The translations under genes were made by a program, and so were the position numbers. 32,000 nt of DNA from Desulfocapsa sulfexigens DSM 10523 (GTDB lineage: Bacteria; Desulfobacterota; Desulfobulbia; Desulfobulbales; Desulfocapsaceae): assembly GCF_000341395.1 (NCBI RefSeq), contig NC_020304.1, positions 3,210,001 through 3,242,000 of the forward strand. The letters are read 5' to 3'. Positions 1-9,289 of the stretch are shown piece after piece. Under the pieces are notes generated by a model, which saw only the letters and a list, made by a program, of their open reading frames with translations, was not told the origin of the DNA and did no database searches. Position 1 is the stretch's first letter. Each line of letters begins with the position of its first letter.

Positions 1-1342
1 GTCCTGTGAACTGAGTATAATCACCAACGAGTCCCATAAGATCGTCAAGGGTGAAGGGGATACGGTCATCCTGCGCCAGCCTCTCAAGAAGGTCATTGTC
101 AAGACCTTCTTCTTTAACGACCCTTCCTGCAGCAAGCGAATGCTCCTTGATAACCTCATGCATTTCCTGCCGGCTTTCACCTTTTTCAACAGCTTCCATA
201 AGGATTTTTTCAGTGGACATAAATGGGAGTTCCATTCGAAGGTGCCGTTCGATCTGTTTCGGAAATACAACCATTTGGCTCGTTATGTTTACGTATAACT
301 TAAGGATAGCATCCGTGAGGAGAAAGGCCTGGGGAATATCCATCCGGCGAATTGCTGAATCATCAAGTGTCCGCTCGAACCATTGATTTGAAAAGGTTGC
401 TGCGAAGTCGGCGGGAAGACCCATCAGTTTACGGGAGAGGCCTGTCAGTCTTTCTGAACGCATGGGGTTTCGCTTGTAAGCCATGGCTGAAGAACCTGTC
501 TGGTTTTTGGCAAATGGTTCTTCCTGAACCTTGAGGTTGGAGAGCAGTCGCATATCCACTGCAAATTTATGGGCAGATGCGCCAATTCCTGCAAGGGTTT
601 CGGCAAGCTTCATGTCAAGCTTTCTCGGGTATGTCTGACCTGTTACCGCAAAGACCTTATCAAAGCCAAGTTTTTTTGAAACAAGAGTGTCTAATTGTCT
701 GACTTTTTCGTTATCACCATGAAACAACTCTATAAATGTGGCCTGGGTGCCTACGGTACCCTTAGCACCTCTGGCTTTAATCTGATCAAAAAAAGTGTCA
801 ATATATTCAAGATCCATAACAAGATCCTGAATATAAAGGGTGTTTCTTTTACCAACGGTTGTTGGTTGCGCTGGCTGGTAATGGGTAAACCCGAGGGTAG
901 GGAGGTTTTTGTGTTCCAGACAGAATTTGGCAAGATTGGATATAACCTTAAGGACACCTTTGCGGATCAAATCCAGTGCCTGCTTCTGAATAAGCAGGTC
1001 AGTATTGCAGACAACGAATTGGGATGTGGCACCAAGGTGGATAATCCCTTCAGCTTTTGGGCATTTACTCCCAAATTCGAAAACATGGGCCATTACATCA
1101 TGGCGGATTTCCTTTTCTTTAGCTGCGGCTACGTCAAAATCGATATTATGAACATTGGCGTTCATTTCATCAAGCATTTCCTGGGTGATTATATCTGTGA
1201 GACCGAGTTCGAATTGGGCCTCAGCCAAAGCAACCCAGCACTTTCGCCAATTAGTAAATTTTGTCTTTTCTGAAAAAAGCTCCTGCATGTCGCGACTTGT
1301 GTATCTGCTGACAAGAGGTTCCTGGTATATATCTCTATTCAT
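1..1342 (-). CDS. purB: Adenylosuccinate lyase, partial (C-terminus beyond the left edge)
   Basis: Manual minus-strand translation from ATG at 1342 is open to the edge: MNRDIYQEPLVSRYTSRDMQELFSEKTKFTNWRKCWVALAEAQFELG...; contains the fumarase/ASL signature (QTGSSAMAYKRNPMRSE), TSQFVVCNTD, GFTHYQPAQPTTVGKR and STEKILMEAVEKGESRQEMHEVIKEHS. Absent from the ORF track because the stop lies outside the window. Confidence 0.95.
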   Translation of the reverse strand, partial: MNRDIYQEPLVSRYTSRDMQELFSEKTKFTNWRKCWVALAEAQFELGLTDIITQEMLDEMNANVHNIDFDVAAAKEKEIRHDVMAHVFEFGSKCPKAEGIIHLGATSQFVVCNTDLLIQKQALDLIRKGVLKVISNLAKFCLEHKNLPTLGFTHYQPAQPTTVGKRNTLYIQDLVMDLEYIDTFFDQIKARGAKGTVGTQATFIELFHGDNEKVRQLDTLVSKKLGFDKVFAVTGQTYPRKLDMKLAETLAGIGASAHKFAVDMRLLSNLKVQEEPFAKNQTGSSAMAYKRNPMRSERLTGLSRKLMGLPADFAATFSNQWFERTLDDSAIRRMDIPQAFLLTDAILKLYVNITSQMVVFPKQIERHLRMELPFMSTEKILMEAVEKGESRQEMHEVIKEHSLAAGRVVKEEGLDNDLLERLAQDDRIPFTLDDLMGLVGDYTQFTG

Positions 1343-1404
1343 GGCTATCTCCATTTTGAATGGTTTCGGTTGTTTATTTGGGTGGGAAAAATAAAAAACC
1401 AATA

Positions 1405-1426
1405 TTTTACCATCTTTTAGGTAAAA
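1405..1426 (-). promoter_or_regulatory. Stem-loop TTTTACC-8nt-GGTAAAA between the HAD hydrolase gene and purB
   Basis: 7-bp perfect arms; on the minus strand followed by TATTGGTTTTTTATTTTT, so it may be a weak terminator or leader element. Confidence 0.4.
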
Positions 1427-1577
1427 GCGAAAGGGAGCTCGGTGTTGCCCTGATACATTGAAGAGGGCAGGTAAAATTTTCAAAAAACATCAACCCACAT
1501 GAGTTAAAGCGTGTTGTGGTATATGTTTAGCATCTAGCTGGAGTATCGTTATTATATTTGTTTCAACAAGAGCATCA

Positions 1578-2231
1578 TCAAAGGAGGGAAATTGTATCCC
1601 AACCTCTTTCCTTCGCAATAATAGCTAGTTTTTCATCAGGATCTACGGCAATAGCAGTGTCAACCAACTCCATCAAGGGGAGGTCGTTGTGGGAGTCGCT
1701 GTAAAATAAACTACCATTCAGGGACTCATTGTTTTCATCAAGCCATTGACGTATTCTGGTAACCTTTCCAGAACTAAAACAAGGTGTCCCTTCAATTGAA
1801 TTTGTAAATTTCCCTTCAACCATTTTCACTTCAGTTGCCAAAAGATTATCAATACCAAAATATTTCACAATCGGCTTGGTGATAAAACTATTCGTAGCAG
1901 TGATAACAATTAAAGTGTGCCCCTGGGCCCTGTGAGATTCAACCAGATCAATGGCTTTTTGCCGAATTAAAGGAAGAATGACAGTATCCATGAATTCTTC
2001 ATGTAACACATTAAGAAAAGACATAGAGTGCTGAGTTAACGGAAAAAAACTAAAGGCTGAATACTCGAAGATATCGAGGGACCCCTGTTTGTATTGAGCA
2101 TAGAATGCATCATTGGCAGCTTTATAGCTTGCCCCATCTACTAGATTTTTACTGATAAGAAAATTCCCCCACTCGTGATCGCTGTCACCACTAAGTAAGG
2201 TGTTATCGAGGTCAAAAAGCGCTAAAGTCAT
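1578..2231 (-). CDS. HAD superfamily hydrolase, SerB/HAD-IB-like
   Basis: Motif I LFDLDNTLLSGDSD, motif II VITATN, motif III/IV SGKVTRI...YSDSHNDLPLME. Confidence 0.85.
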   Translation of the reverse strand: MTLALFDLDNTLLSGDSDHEWGNFLISKNLVDGASYKAANDAFYAQYKQGSLDIFEYSAFSFFPLTQHSMSFLNVLHEEFMDTVILPLIRQKAIDLVESHRAQGHTLIVITATNSFITKPIVKYFGIDNLLATEVKMVEGKFTNSIEGTPCFSSGKVTRIRQWLDENNESLNGSLFYSDSHNDLPLMELVDTAIAVDPDEKLAIIAKERGWDTISLL

Positions 2232-2528
2232 ATATTCTCACAATGTAAGTAATTAGAAAACGGTTTTTTTTAATCTAAACAGAATTGCAATTCTTGCACA
2301 TACTAATCATTTTTGGGCAAATTTAAAAGCGCAGAGAGCGGTTAAGTGCGACGGAAAGTGAAAGTTTTTTTTAAAGAAAGCTCTTAGGATGACAAGGGTG
2401 TTGAAGCAAGCGCAACCTGGGGGGCTATGAATTATACCGGCGCCATCGCTTAACAAAATATTGTCTTTTTAATGGTCCTCGTTTTCCCAGCACAACCTAT
2501 GTCGCATAATGTATATTATGTATAATAT

Positions 2529-4274
2529 TTAATTATGTTGTGAGTCCGGGATGTTGTCGTTGTTGAATACGATTTTTGTCACTCTTACCTGCCAACTTCT
2601 CTTCCCTTTGAAAAAATTAATACTTGGGGTGTAGAGAATGTCCCGTTCTTTTGATAATCGGCAATGCTCTATTAGTTTTCCCATTCCGAAGCCAACCCCC
2701 TCTATGGTATGTCTTTCTCCACGGAAATTAAATCTCAAGTGACTCTTATCTCTTCCTAGAGGCAATACTTTTAAGAATTCAGTTGAGCGGTCCCTAAAAA
2801 TCGGCTGAGGATTGTCTGTTCCGAATGGCTCCATTAAATGTAACTGTCTGAGAATTTCACCATTAAATAAATCGTTAATCTCAATATCATCATCTATCTG
2901 ATTATCGCTGTTCTCAGGCGTCCTATTTGATTGTTTTTGTATGGATTCATCGAATAATTTTTTGAAATTCATCAAATTTCCCTTTAACAAGCTCATTCCG
3001 CCAGCCATTTCATGACCACCAAAACCAAGAAGAACCTCTCTGCAATTATCCAGGGCCTTGAAGATATCTATACCAACAACGGACCTCGCTGAACCTTTTA
3101 AAACTCCTTCGCCAAGATCGCAGAGAACCACACTGGGTTTTTGGTATTCTTCAACAAGATTAGATGCCACAATGCCAGCAACTCCAACATGGTAATTTCC
3201 AGCAACTATAATGGAATGTTTGGTATTTGTGCCCTGGCGCAAAAGGTTATCCTTTGCACTAATAAAGTCCTTGATGTTTATGAGTTTACGTTTATCGTTG
3301 CTCTCGACAAGGTCCTTGGCGATTGCAAAAGCCTCTTTTTTATTCAATGACAAAAAAAGTTTTATGGCCTTGTCCGCCTCCCCCATTCTCCCGGCAGCAT
3401 TAATCTTTGGAGCCAGTTGAAACGAAACATCTTCAGATCGAATGCACTTAGGATCCAGGTTGTTAAGGTGGCACAACGCGGTTATGCCATGGTTTTTCTG
3501 GTCGCCAATGGTTTCCATCCCTGCTTTAACCATAATCCTGTTAATTTTTTTTAAAGGAACCATATCTGCAATTGTTCCAATGGCGACAAGGTCTAGAAAT
3601 TGCTTTAAGTTCGGTGGTTTGTTGATAGTATCGAAATATCCGCATTTTAACAGGTGTGTCCTTGTTGCCATTGCAAGGTAAAATGCTACTCCGACACCAG
3701 CCAGTGTTTTATCCAGGAATTCACAGTTCGTCTGGTTTGGATTGATCACTGCGTCTGCCATTACCCTTTCTGGCAGAGCAAGGTGGTGATCTGTTATAAT
3801 GACTTTATAGCCCAGTTTTTTGGCATACTCCACAGCCTCGTGTGCAGATATTCCATTATCTACAGTTATCAGTAGGCATTTGTCGGTATCTCTGTTCTCC
3901 GATACCTTTCTCAGGCCATCTTTTTGTATGCCGTAACCATCTGTCAATCGATTGGGGATGTGATAATCGGCGGTGTAACCAATCGATTTGAAAAATAAAA
4001 GAAGGAGCGCTGTGGCCGTGGTCCCATCAACATCGTAATCACCCCAAACCAATATGGGGTGACCGTTGGTTATGGTCTCCTCAATAAGGTTCACCGCCAG
4101 ATCCATATCTTTCAATAAAAATGGACTTGGCAATTCTTTGAGCTTTGGTTCAAGAAATTGTTGAATCTCATCTTTTCCGCAGATCCCTCTTCTTGCAAGC
4201 AGTTTTTCGATGAAAGGATTCAGGTATTTACCGTCTGAAAGTCTAATTCGTTTCTGTCCTTGCTCGACACTCAT
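2529..4274 (-). CDS. recJ: Single-stranded-DNA-specific exonuclease RecJ
   Basis: DHH-family motifs WGDYDVDGTTATALLLL, ITDHHLALP, ADAVINPNQ, GGHEMAGGMSL. Confidence 0.95.
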   Translation of the reverse strand: MSVEQGQKRIRLSDGKYLNPFIEKLLARRGICGKDEIQQFLEPKLKELPSPFLLKDMDLAVNLIEETITNGHPILVWGDYDVDGTTATALLLLFFKSIGYTADYHIPNRLTDGYGIQKDGLRKVSENRDTDKCLLITVDNGISAHEAVEYAKKLGYKVIITDHHLALPERVMADAVINPNQTNCEFLDKTLAGVGVAFYLAMATRTHLLKCGYFDTINKPPNLKQFLDLVAIGTIADMVPLKKINRIMVKAGMETIGDQKNHGITALCHLNNLDPKCIRSEDVSFQLAPKINAAGRMGEADKAIKLFLSLNKKEAFAIAKDLVESNDKRKLINIKDFISAKDNLLRQGTNTKHSIIVAGNYHVGVAGIVASNLVEEYQKPSVVLCDLGEGVLKGSARSVVGIDIFKALDNCREVLLGFGGHEMAGGMSLLKGNLMNFKKLFDESIQKQSNRTPENSDNQIDDDIEINDLFNGEILRQLHLMEPFGTDNPQPIFRDRSTEFLKVLPLGRDKSHLRFNFRGERHTIEGVGFGMGKLIEHCRLSKERDILYTPSINFFKGKRSWQVRVTKIVFNNDNIPDSQHN

Positions 4275-5224
4275 AAAAAATCTCTTATCATCGTTTTTGC
4301 TATTCCAGAATCACTTGTTTCAAGCCATTGGACTTCTTTGATTTTGTTAAACCAGGTATACTGTCGTTTTGCGTATCTGCGTGTATCTCTGGTGAGTTGT
4401 TCAAACATCTCATTCCTGCTTAGGTCGCCTTTTATAAACCTGGTCATATGGCTATATCCAATGGATTGCATGGATTTACAATTCTCTTCGTACCCCCTGT
4501 CGAGCAACCCCCTAACCTCACTTTCAAAGCCATTTTCAAGCATTATCCTGCTTCTCTGGTCTATTCGCTCATAGAGTCTGGTTCTGTCACGAGTCAGTCC
4601 AATAATCAGAATGTTTGGGAACCTTTTTGTATTCTGCCTCTTGTGTTCTTCTATTAAAGCTGACCATTTCTTACCTGTTCCTCTGAATATTTCCAAAGCC
4701 CTGACAAGTCTATGGCTATCATTTTTGTGGATTCTTTTGGCAGAATTACGATCTATTAGTGACAATTGTTCATGCAATACATCACGTCCAAGGCTGTTTA
4801 GTTCAGTCACTAACTCTTTTCTTATACTTGGGAATGTTGGTAACTTCGGTGCCAAACCATTAATAAGGGCCTTGAGGTATAAACCAGTTCCCCCGGTAAC
4901 AAGAATTTTCTTTTTCTTCGTATGTATATTTCGAATAGCCTCTATAGCCCTGGTCTCATAGGTGCCAGCATCGAAAGGTTCGTCTGGATCGACCACATCG
5001 ATTAAATGATGTTCTACGCCCTTCATCTCTTCCCTGGTTATCTTGGCTGTGCCAATATCCATATAGCGATATACCTGCATGGAGTCGACACTGATTATTT
5101 CGAAGCCAAATTCCCGTGCAATATCTATGGAAAGGGCTGTCTTTCCGACGGCGGTTGGCCCGATCAGAACAACAATCGGTTCACGGAAAGGAAACTCAAA
5201 CGCATTACTCATAATAGTTGACAA
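4271..5224 (-). CDS. miaA: tRNA dimethylallyltransferase MiaA (start may be 5224 or 5212)
   Basis: P-loop IGPTAVGKTALSIDIA, ISVDSMQVYRYMDIGTAK, HHLIDVVDPDEPFDAG, VTGGTGLYLKAL, YAKRQYTWF. Confidence 0.96.
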   Translation of the reverse strand: MSTIMSNAFEFPFREPIVVLIGPTAVGKTALSIDIAREFGFEIISVDSMQVYRYMDIGTAKITREEMKGVEHHLIDVVDPDEPFDAGTYETRAIEAIRNIHTKKKKILVTGGTGLYLKALINGLAPKLPTFPSIRKELVTELNSLGRDVLHEQLSLIDRNSAKRIHKNDSHRLVRALEIFRGTGKKWSALIEEHKRQNTKRFPNILIIGLTRDRTRLYERIDQRSRIMLENGFESEVRGLLDRGYEENCKSMQSIGYSHMTRFIKGDLSRNEMFEQLTRDTRRYAKRQYTWFNKIKEVQWLETSDSGIAKTMIRDFL

Positions 5225-5690
5225 AACTTAAATAGGGCGCAATTTGAGCCATCCTCACAGGGCCTATTCCGGATACCCTCAGGAGGTCTTCCGCCGTTTC
5301 AAAAGGACCGAATTGGTTTCGTGTCTGGAGTATTTTTTCGGCGAGTTCTGTACCGATACCTTTCACAGACATAAGTAACAGTTTGTCGCAGTGATTGATG
5401 GCTACCGGAAGAAAGAAAAATGGTGAAAAATTGAGTTGCTCGACGCTAAGACAGGGATTCTCTGATTCAAAAGAATTCTGCCAAAGCCGATCATTTAAGA
5501 CGAGCTTATGACCGTTTACAACCTGAAGCTCTATTTTACGTTGAGAAGTATTTGGTGAAAAATCGAAGAGAAAAAACAACTGGGTTAAAGCAAAGAGGGA
5601 ACAGCAAAAAAGTGCAAAAAGCTCTTTGCCTGTCCCCTCTTCTCTTGAAACAATGTCCGTCCTAGTTTTTGGTTGCGTTACGCTGTTCAT
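5205..5690 (-). CDS. Membrane-anchored helix-hairpin-helix (ComEA-like) protein
   Basis: One hydrophobic segment (ELFALFCCSLFALTQLFFLF), then C-terminal tandem HhH motifs LMSVKGIGTELAEKILQTRNQFGPFETAEDLLRVSGIGPVRMAQIAPYL. Confidence 0.75.
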   Translation of the reverse strand: MNSVTQPKTRTDIVSREEGTGKELFALFCCSLFALTQLFFLFDFSPNTSQRKIELQVVNGHKLVLNDRLWQNSFESENPCLSVEQLNFSPFFFLPVAINHCDKLLLMSVKGIGTELAEKILQTRNQFGPFETAEDLLRVSGIGPVRMAQIAPYLSFVNYYE

Positions 5691-7266
5691 CCCGCATCAA
5701 TTTATAGGTTAAAGAGTCAACAAGAGCTTGCCATGATGCTTCTATAATGTTCACCGATACGCCTACAGTTCCCCACTGTTCGTACTTGTCCTTTGACTCT
5801 ATAAGAACCCTGACTTTAGCTCCTGTCCCATGCTGACCTGAAAGAACCCGAACCTTGTAATCAACCAGTTCAATCTCTTCGAGGGCTGGATAAAATTGAG
5901 TCAATCCTTTTCGCATCGCCTTATCAAGTGCATTAACCGGCCCATCTCCCATGGCGGCTGTGTGGACTTCCTCACCGCCAACCTCAACCCTGATGGTTGC
6001 TTCGGTTTCGGGAGGTTTATCCATGCTACGCTTAGAATTTATTGCCCTGAAGCCTCTCAGGGTGAAAAAATTCGCCTGTGCTCCTATGGCACGACGCATC
6101 AGCAGTTCAAAGGACGCCTCTGCGCCTTCATACTGAAACCCCTGGTTTTCAAGATTTTTCAATTCAGCAACGATGGAGGCTGCAATGGGACTGTTCGGAT
6201 CGAGATCAATACCGAATTTTTTGGCCTTGTGTAAAACATTGGACTTCCCTGCCTGATCAGAAATAAGGATTCTCCTGACATTTCCAACCTTTTCCGGCTC
6301 AATATGCTCGTAGGTTAACGGGTTTCGTTTAACAGCTGAGACATGAATGCCACCTTTATGGGCAAAGGCTGAACGACCTACATATGGCTGGTATTTATTG
6401 TGTGGCAGATTGGCAAGCTCATCAACCAGCATGGCAGTGTCATACAGTCGGTCAATATTTTTTACAGATTCACACTCATACCCCATCTTCAAGCCTAAGG
6501 CAGGGATGACGGAGGTAAGATTGCAGTTTCCACAGCGTTCACCGTAGCCGTTCATGGTTCCCTGTACCTGGGTTACACCAAGGCTTAAAGCAAGGAGTGA
6601 ATTTGCGACCGCTGTTTCAGAATCATTATGGGCATGAATGCCAAGAGTTACCGTTTTGCTGCGCTCAGTAACGAACCGCTGTACACGTTCTATTATAGGC
6701 TGAACTTCATGCGGTAGCATCCCACCATTTGTATCACAAAGAACCAGACATTCGGCACCGCCACTAATTGCCTTCCCGAGAGTTGCTAGAGCGTAATCAT
6801 GATTTTTTTTGAAACCATCGAAGAAATGTTCAGCATCATAAAAAAGCGTTTCCACGTGTGGTTTTAAATAGGCAAGGGACTCTTCAATGATTAGCAGATT
6901 ATCTTCAAGTTCTATTCGTAGCGCATCGTGGACATGAATATCCCAGGATTTACCAAAAATGGTAATGACTGGTGTTTTAGCATCAAGTAAAGCCTGAAGG
7001 TTTTTATCTTCCTGGCAGGGATTGGAAAAGAGACGTGTGGAACCAAAAGCAACAAGTTTTGCATGTTTAAGAGTCTCTCCCTGCATGGTCTTGAAAAATT
7101 CGACCGCCAGGGGATTTGATCCGGGCCAGCCTCCCTCAATGAAATCAATTCCAAGATTGTCGAGTTTATGGCTGATACGAATCTTGTCGGTAACAGAAAG
7201 GTTGAAATTCTCAGCCTGAGTTCCATCCCTCAAGGTTGTGTCGTATATTTGTACGGATCTTGTCAT
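5662..7266 (-). CDS. cimA: (R)-citramalate synthase; ATG start at 7266 preferred over upstream GTG/TTG
   Basis: HMGL-like: VQIYDTTLRDGTQAENFNLSV, FIEGGWPGSNP, LCDTNGG, LGIHAHNDSETAVANSL, YGERCGNCNL, KGGIHVSAV; C-terminal LeuA-dimer-like domain. Confidence 0.88.
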   Translation of the reverse strand: MTRSVQIYDTTLRDGTQAENFNLSVTDKIRISHKLDNLGIDFIEGGWPGSNPLAVEFFKTMQGETLKHAKLVAFGSTRLFSNPCQEDKNLQALLDAKTPVITIFGKSWDIHVHDALRIELEDNLLIIEESLAYLKPHVETLFYDAEHFFDGFKKNHDYALATLGKAISGGAECLVLCDTNGGMLPHEVQPIIERVQRFVTERSKTVTLGIHAHNDSETAVANSLLALSLGVTQVQGTMNGYGERCGNCNLTSVIPALGLKMGYECESVKNIDRLYDTAMLVDELANLPHNKYQPYVGRSAFAHKGGIHVSAVKRNPLTYEHIEPEKVGNVRRILISDQAGKSNVLHKAKKFGIDLDPNSPIAASIVAELKNLENQGFQYEGAEASFELLMRRAIGAQANFFTLRGFRAINSKRSMDKPPETEATIRVEVGGEEVHTAAMGDGPVNALDKAMRKGLTQFYPALEEIELVDYKVRVLSGQHGTGAKVRVLIESKDKYEQWGTVGVSVNIIEASWQALVDSLTYKLMRDEQRNATKN

Positions 7267-7278
7267 AAAGCTCACCAA

Positions 7279-8529
7279 TTATAATATATTCTCTTCTTCG
7301 GGCAGATTTTCCTTGTCAAGTTCGAACGCATCGTGGAGAGCACGAACCGCAAGTTCTGTATATTTTTCCTCAATTACACAGGAAACTTTAATTTCAGAAG
7401 TCGATATCATGGAAATATTGATTCCTTCGTTAGAGAGTACTCTGAACATGGTGGATGCAATCCCTGAATGATTCCGCATACCGACACCAACAATGGAAAT
7501 TTTGGTGATGGCATCGGAACCATGAACGCCACCTTTGGCACCTATTTTTTCGACTATCTCCTGAAGGAGTTGCAAGGTGCGCTGATAATCACTGCGAACA
7601 ACAGTAAAGGTCATATCGGTTAGACCATTACCGGTATCCTGATTCTGGATAATCATATCGACAATAATGTCAGCGTCAGAAATGGGAGTGAAAATTTTAG
7701 CAGCAATGCCTGGCTGATCAGGAACGCCGGATACGGTAATTCGTGCTTCGTTTTTATTATAGGTTACACCTGAAACTATTCTTCCTTCCATTGCTTTATC
7801 CTCCGCAACAACCCATGTCCCTTCAGTTTCTGTAAATGTGGAACGGACGTGGATTGGGACATTGTACTGTTTTGCAAATGTTACAGATCTGATATCCAGA
7901 ACCTTAGCGCCAAGGCTTGCCAGTTCCAGCATCTCGTCATAAGAAATTCTGTCTATTTTTATGGCCTTTGCACATATGTTGGGGTCAGTTGTATAGACCC
8001 CCTCAACATCGGTGAAAATCTCGCAGGCATCAGCCTGCAGTGCAGCAGCCAGGGCCACAGCTGTGGTGTCGGAACCGCCACGGCCAAGCGTGGTAATGTC
8101 ACCATCCTGAGTAACACCCTGGAACCCTGCTACCACTACTACCTTGCCGTTGTTGAGTTCCGTCGTAATTCTCTCTGTATCAATGTTTTCAATCCGTGCT
8201 TTCGTGTGTGAACTGTCTGTATTAATCTTTACCTGGTCACCAAGAAAGGATATACAATCATCGCCAAAGGCCTTCACTGCCATAGCAAAAAGAGAAACGG
8301 TTACCTGTTCCCCAGAGGAAAGAAGGACATCCATCTCCCTCTGATCCGGTATGTCCTGCATCTGCATGGCAAAATCGGTGAGACGGTTAGTCTCTCCAGA
8401 CATGGCAGAAAGAACAACCACCATCTGGTGCCCTTCATTTTTCTTTTTGAGTACCCTCCTGGCAACCTGTTTAATCTTGTCAGGATTACCGACGGAAGTT
8501 CCCCCAAATTTTTGTACAATTAAAGCCAT
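7279..8529 (-). CDS. lysC: Aspartate kinase
   Basis: [62 protein letters not shown]-terminal ACT domains ([38 protein letters not shown]). Confidence 0.96.
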   Translation of the reverse strand: MALIVQKFGGTSVGNPDKIKQVARRVLKKKNEGHQMVVVLSAMSGETNRLTDFAMQMQDIPDQREMDVLLSSGEQVTVSLFAMAVKAFGDDCISFLGDQVKINTDSSHTKARIENIDTERITTELNNGKVVVVAGFQGVTQDGDITTLGRGGSDTTAVALAAALQADACEIFTDVEGVYTTDPNICAKAIKIDRISYDEMLELASLGAKVLDIRSVTFAKQYNVPIHVRSTFTETEGTWVVAEDKAMEGRIVSGVTYNKNEARITVSGVPDQPGIAAKIFTPISDADIIVDMIIQNQDTGNGLTDMTFTVVRSDYQRTLQLLQEIVEKIGAKGGVHGSDAITKISIVGVGMRNHSGIASTMFRVLSNEGINISMISTSEIKVSCVIEEKYTELAVRALHDAFELDKENLPEEENIL

Positions 8530-8588
8530 CTGACGTCTAACTCCTTTATAAGTAGCAGGGATCCTAAGATAAAATAGAAATCAGTGGA

Positions 8589-8603
8589 GGGTCTGTCAGA
8601 CCC
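8589..8603. promoter_or_regulatory. Perfect inverted repeat GGGTCTG-T-CAGACCC upstream of lysC
   Basis: 7-bp arms around 1 nt, about 60 nt upstream of the lysC start (minus strand). Function unassigned. Confidence 0.45.
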
Positions 8604-8827
8604 GTTGCTGATTGATAAGTTCTATTGCTATTCACTTTCAAGCATAAATTCATACAATTTAGTACCTGTCGGTAAAAATGCAATCTTTTCTTCTTTCAGT
8701 CGAAAATGTATCAAAAACAACTGTCCAATTGTGCTTTTTTTAAAGATGTTATCTATAGTAAGGTAAACCCCAGTGAAAAAACATGTAGCAAAAAAACACT
8801 TCAATTTTAAAGGAAACAGTAAAACAC

Positions 8828-9289
8828 ATGAACGATAATGAGTCATTTCATATAGTACTGGTAGAACCGGAAATCCCACCTAATACCGGTTCTATTGCAC
8901 GCTTATGTGGGGCAACCAATAGCGTTCTGCACCTGGTCCGCCCCTTAGGTTTTTCCACCGATGATAAGCACCTCAAACGGGCAGGCCTTGATTACTGGAA
9001 GTTTGTAGACATTAGATACTGGGAATGCTTTGACGATTTCCTTAAAGCTCAGGATGAAAACAGATTATATTTTCTTACTACTAAAACCAGCAGGTCCTAT
9101 ATTGATGCACCTTTCAAACCCGGTGACTACCTCGTGTTTGGTAAGGAAACAAAAGGATTACCCGAAGATCTTCTTAAGCTTTATTCAGATCGTTGTTTTA
9201 CTCTCCCCATGGCCAATTCGAATATCAGAAGTTTGAATCTGGCGATGACTGCAGGAATTGTTCTCTATGCTGCCTTAAGCCGGCAATAG
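8828..9289 (+). CDS. trmL: tRNA (cytidine(34)-2'-O)-methyltransferase (SPOUT family)
   Basis: FHIVLVEPEIPPNTGSIARLCGATNSVLHLVRPLGF, YLVFGKETKGLPEDLL, LPMANSNIRSLNLAMTAGIVLYAALSR. Confidence 0.93.
   Translation: MNDNESFHIVLVEPEIPPNTGSIARLCGATNSVLHLVRPLGFSTDDKHLKRAGLDYWKFVDIRYWECFDDFLKAQDENRLYFLTTKTSRSYIDAPFKPGDYLVFGKETKGLPEDLLKLYSDRCFTLPMANSNIRSLNLAMTAGIVLYAALSRQ

Noticed and set aside
695-1273. 192-aa plus-strand ORF (and 51-386, 352-534, 751-957, 1155-1394)
   Set aside because: These are antisense or out-of-frame ORFs inside the manually read minus-strand purB, which has clear family signatures.
6912-7226. 104-aa ORF (and 5896-6234, 7238-7471, 7849-8211 on the opposite strand)
   Set aside because: They lie inside cimA and lysC in other frames and have no recognisable domain.
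8584-8879. Small ORFs 8584-8766 (+) and 8628-8879 (-) between lysC and trmL
   Set aside because: Low-complexity, weakly supported, and the minus-strand ORF overlaps the trmL start; more likely a divergent promoter region.
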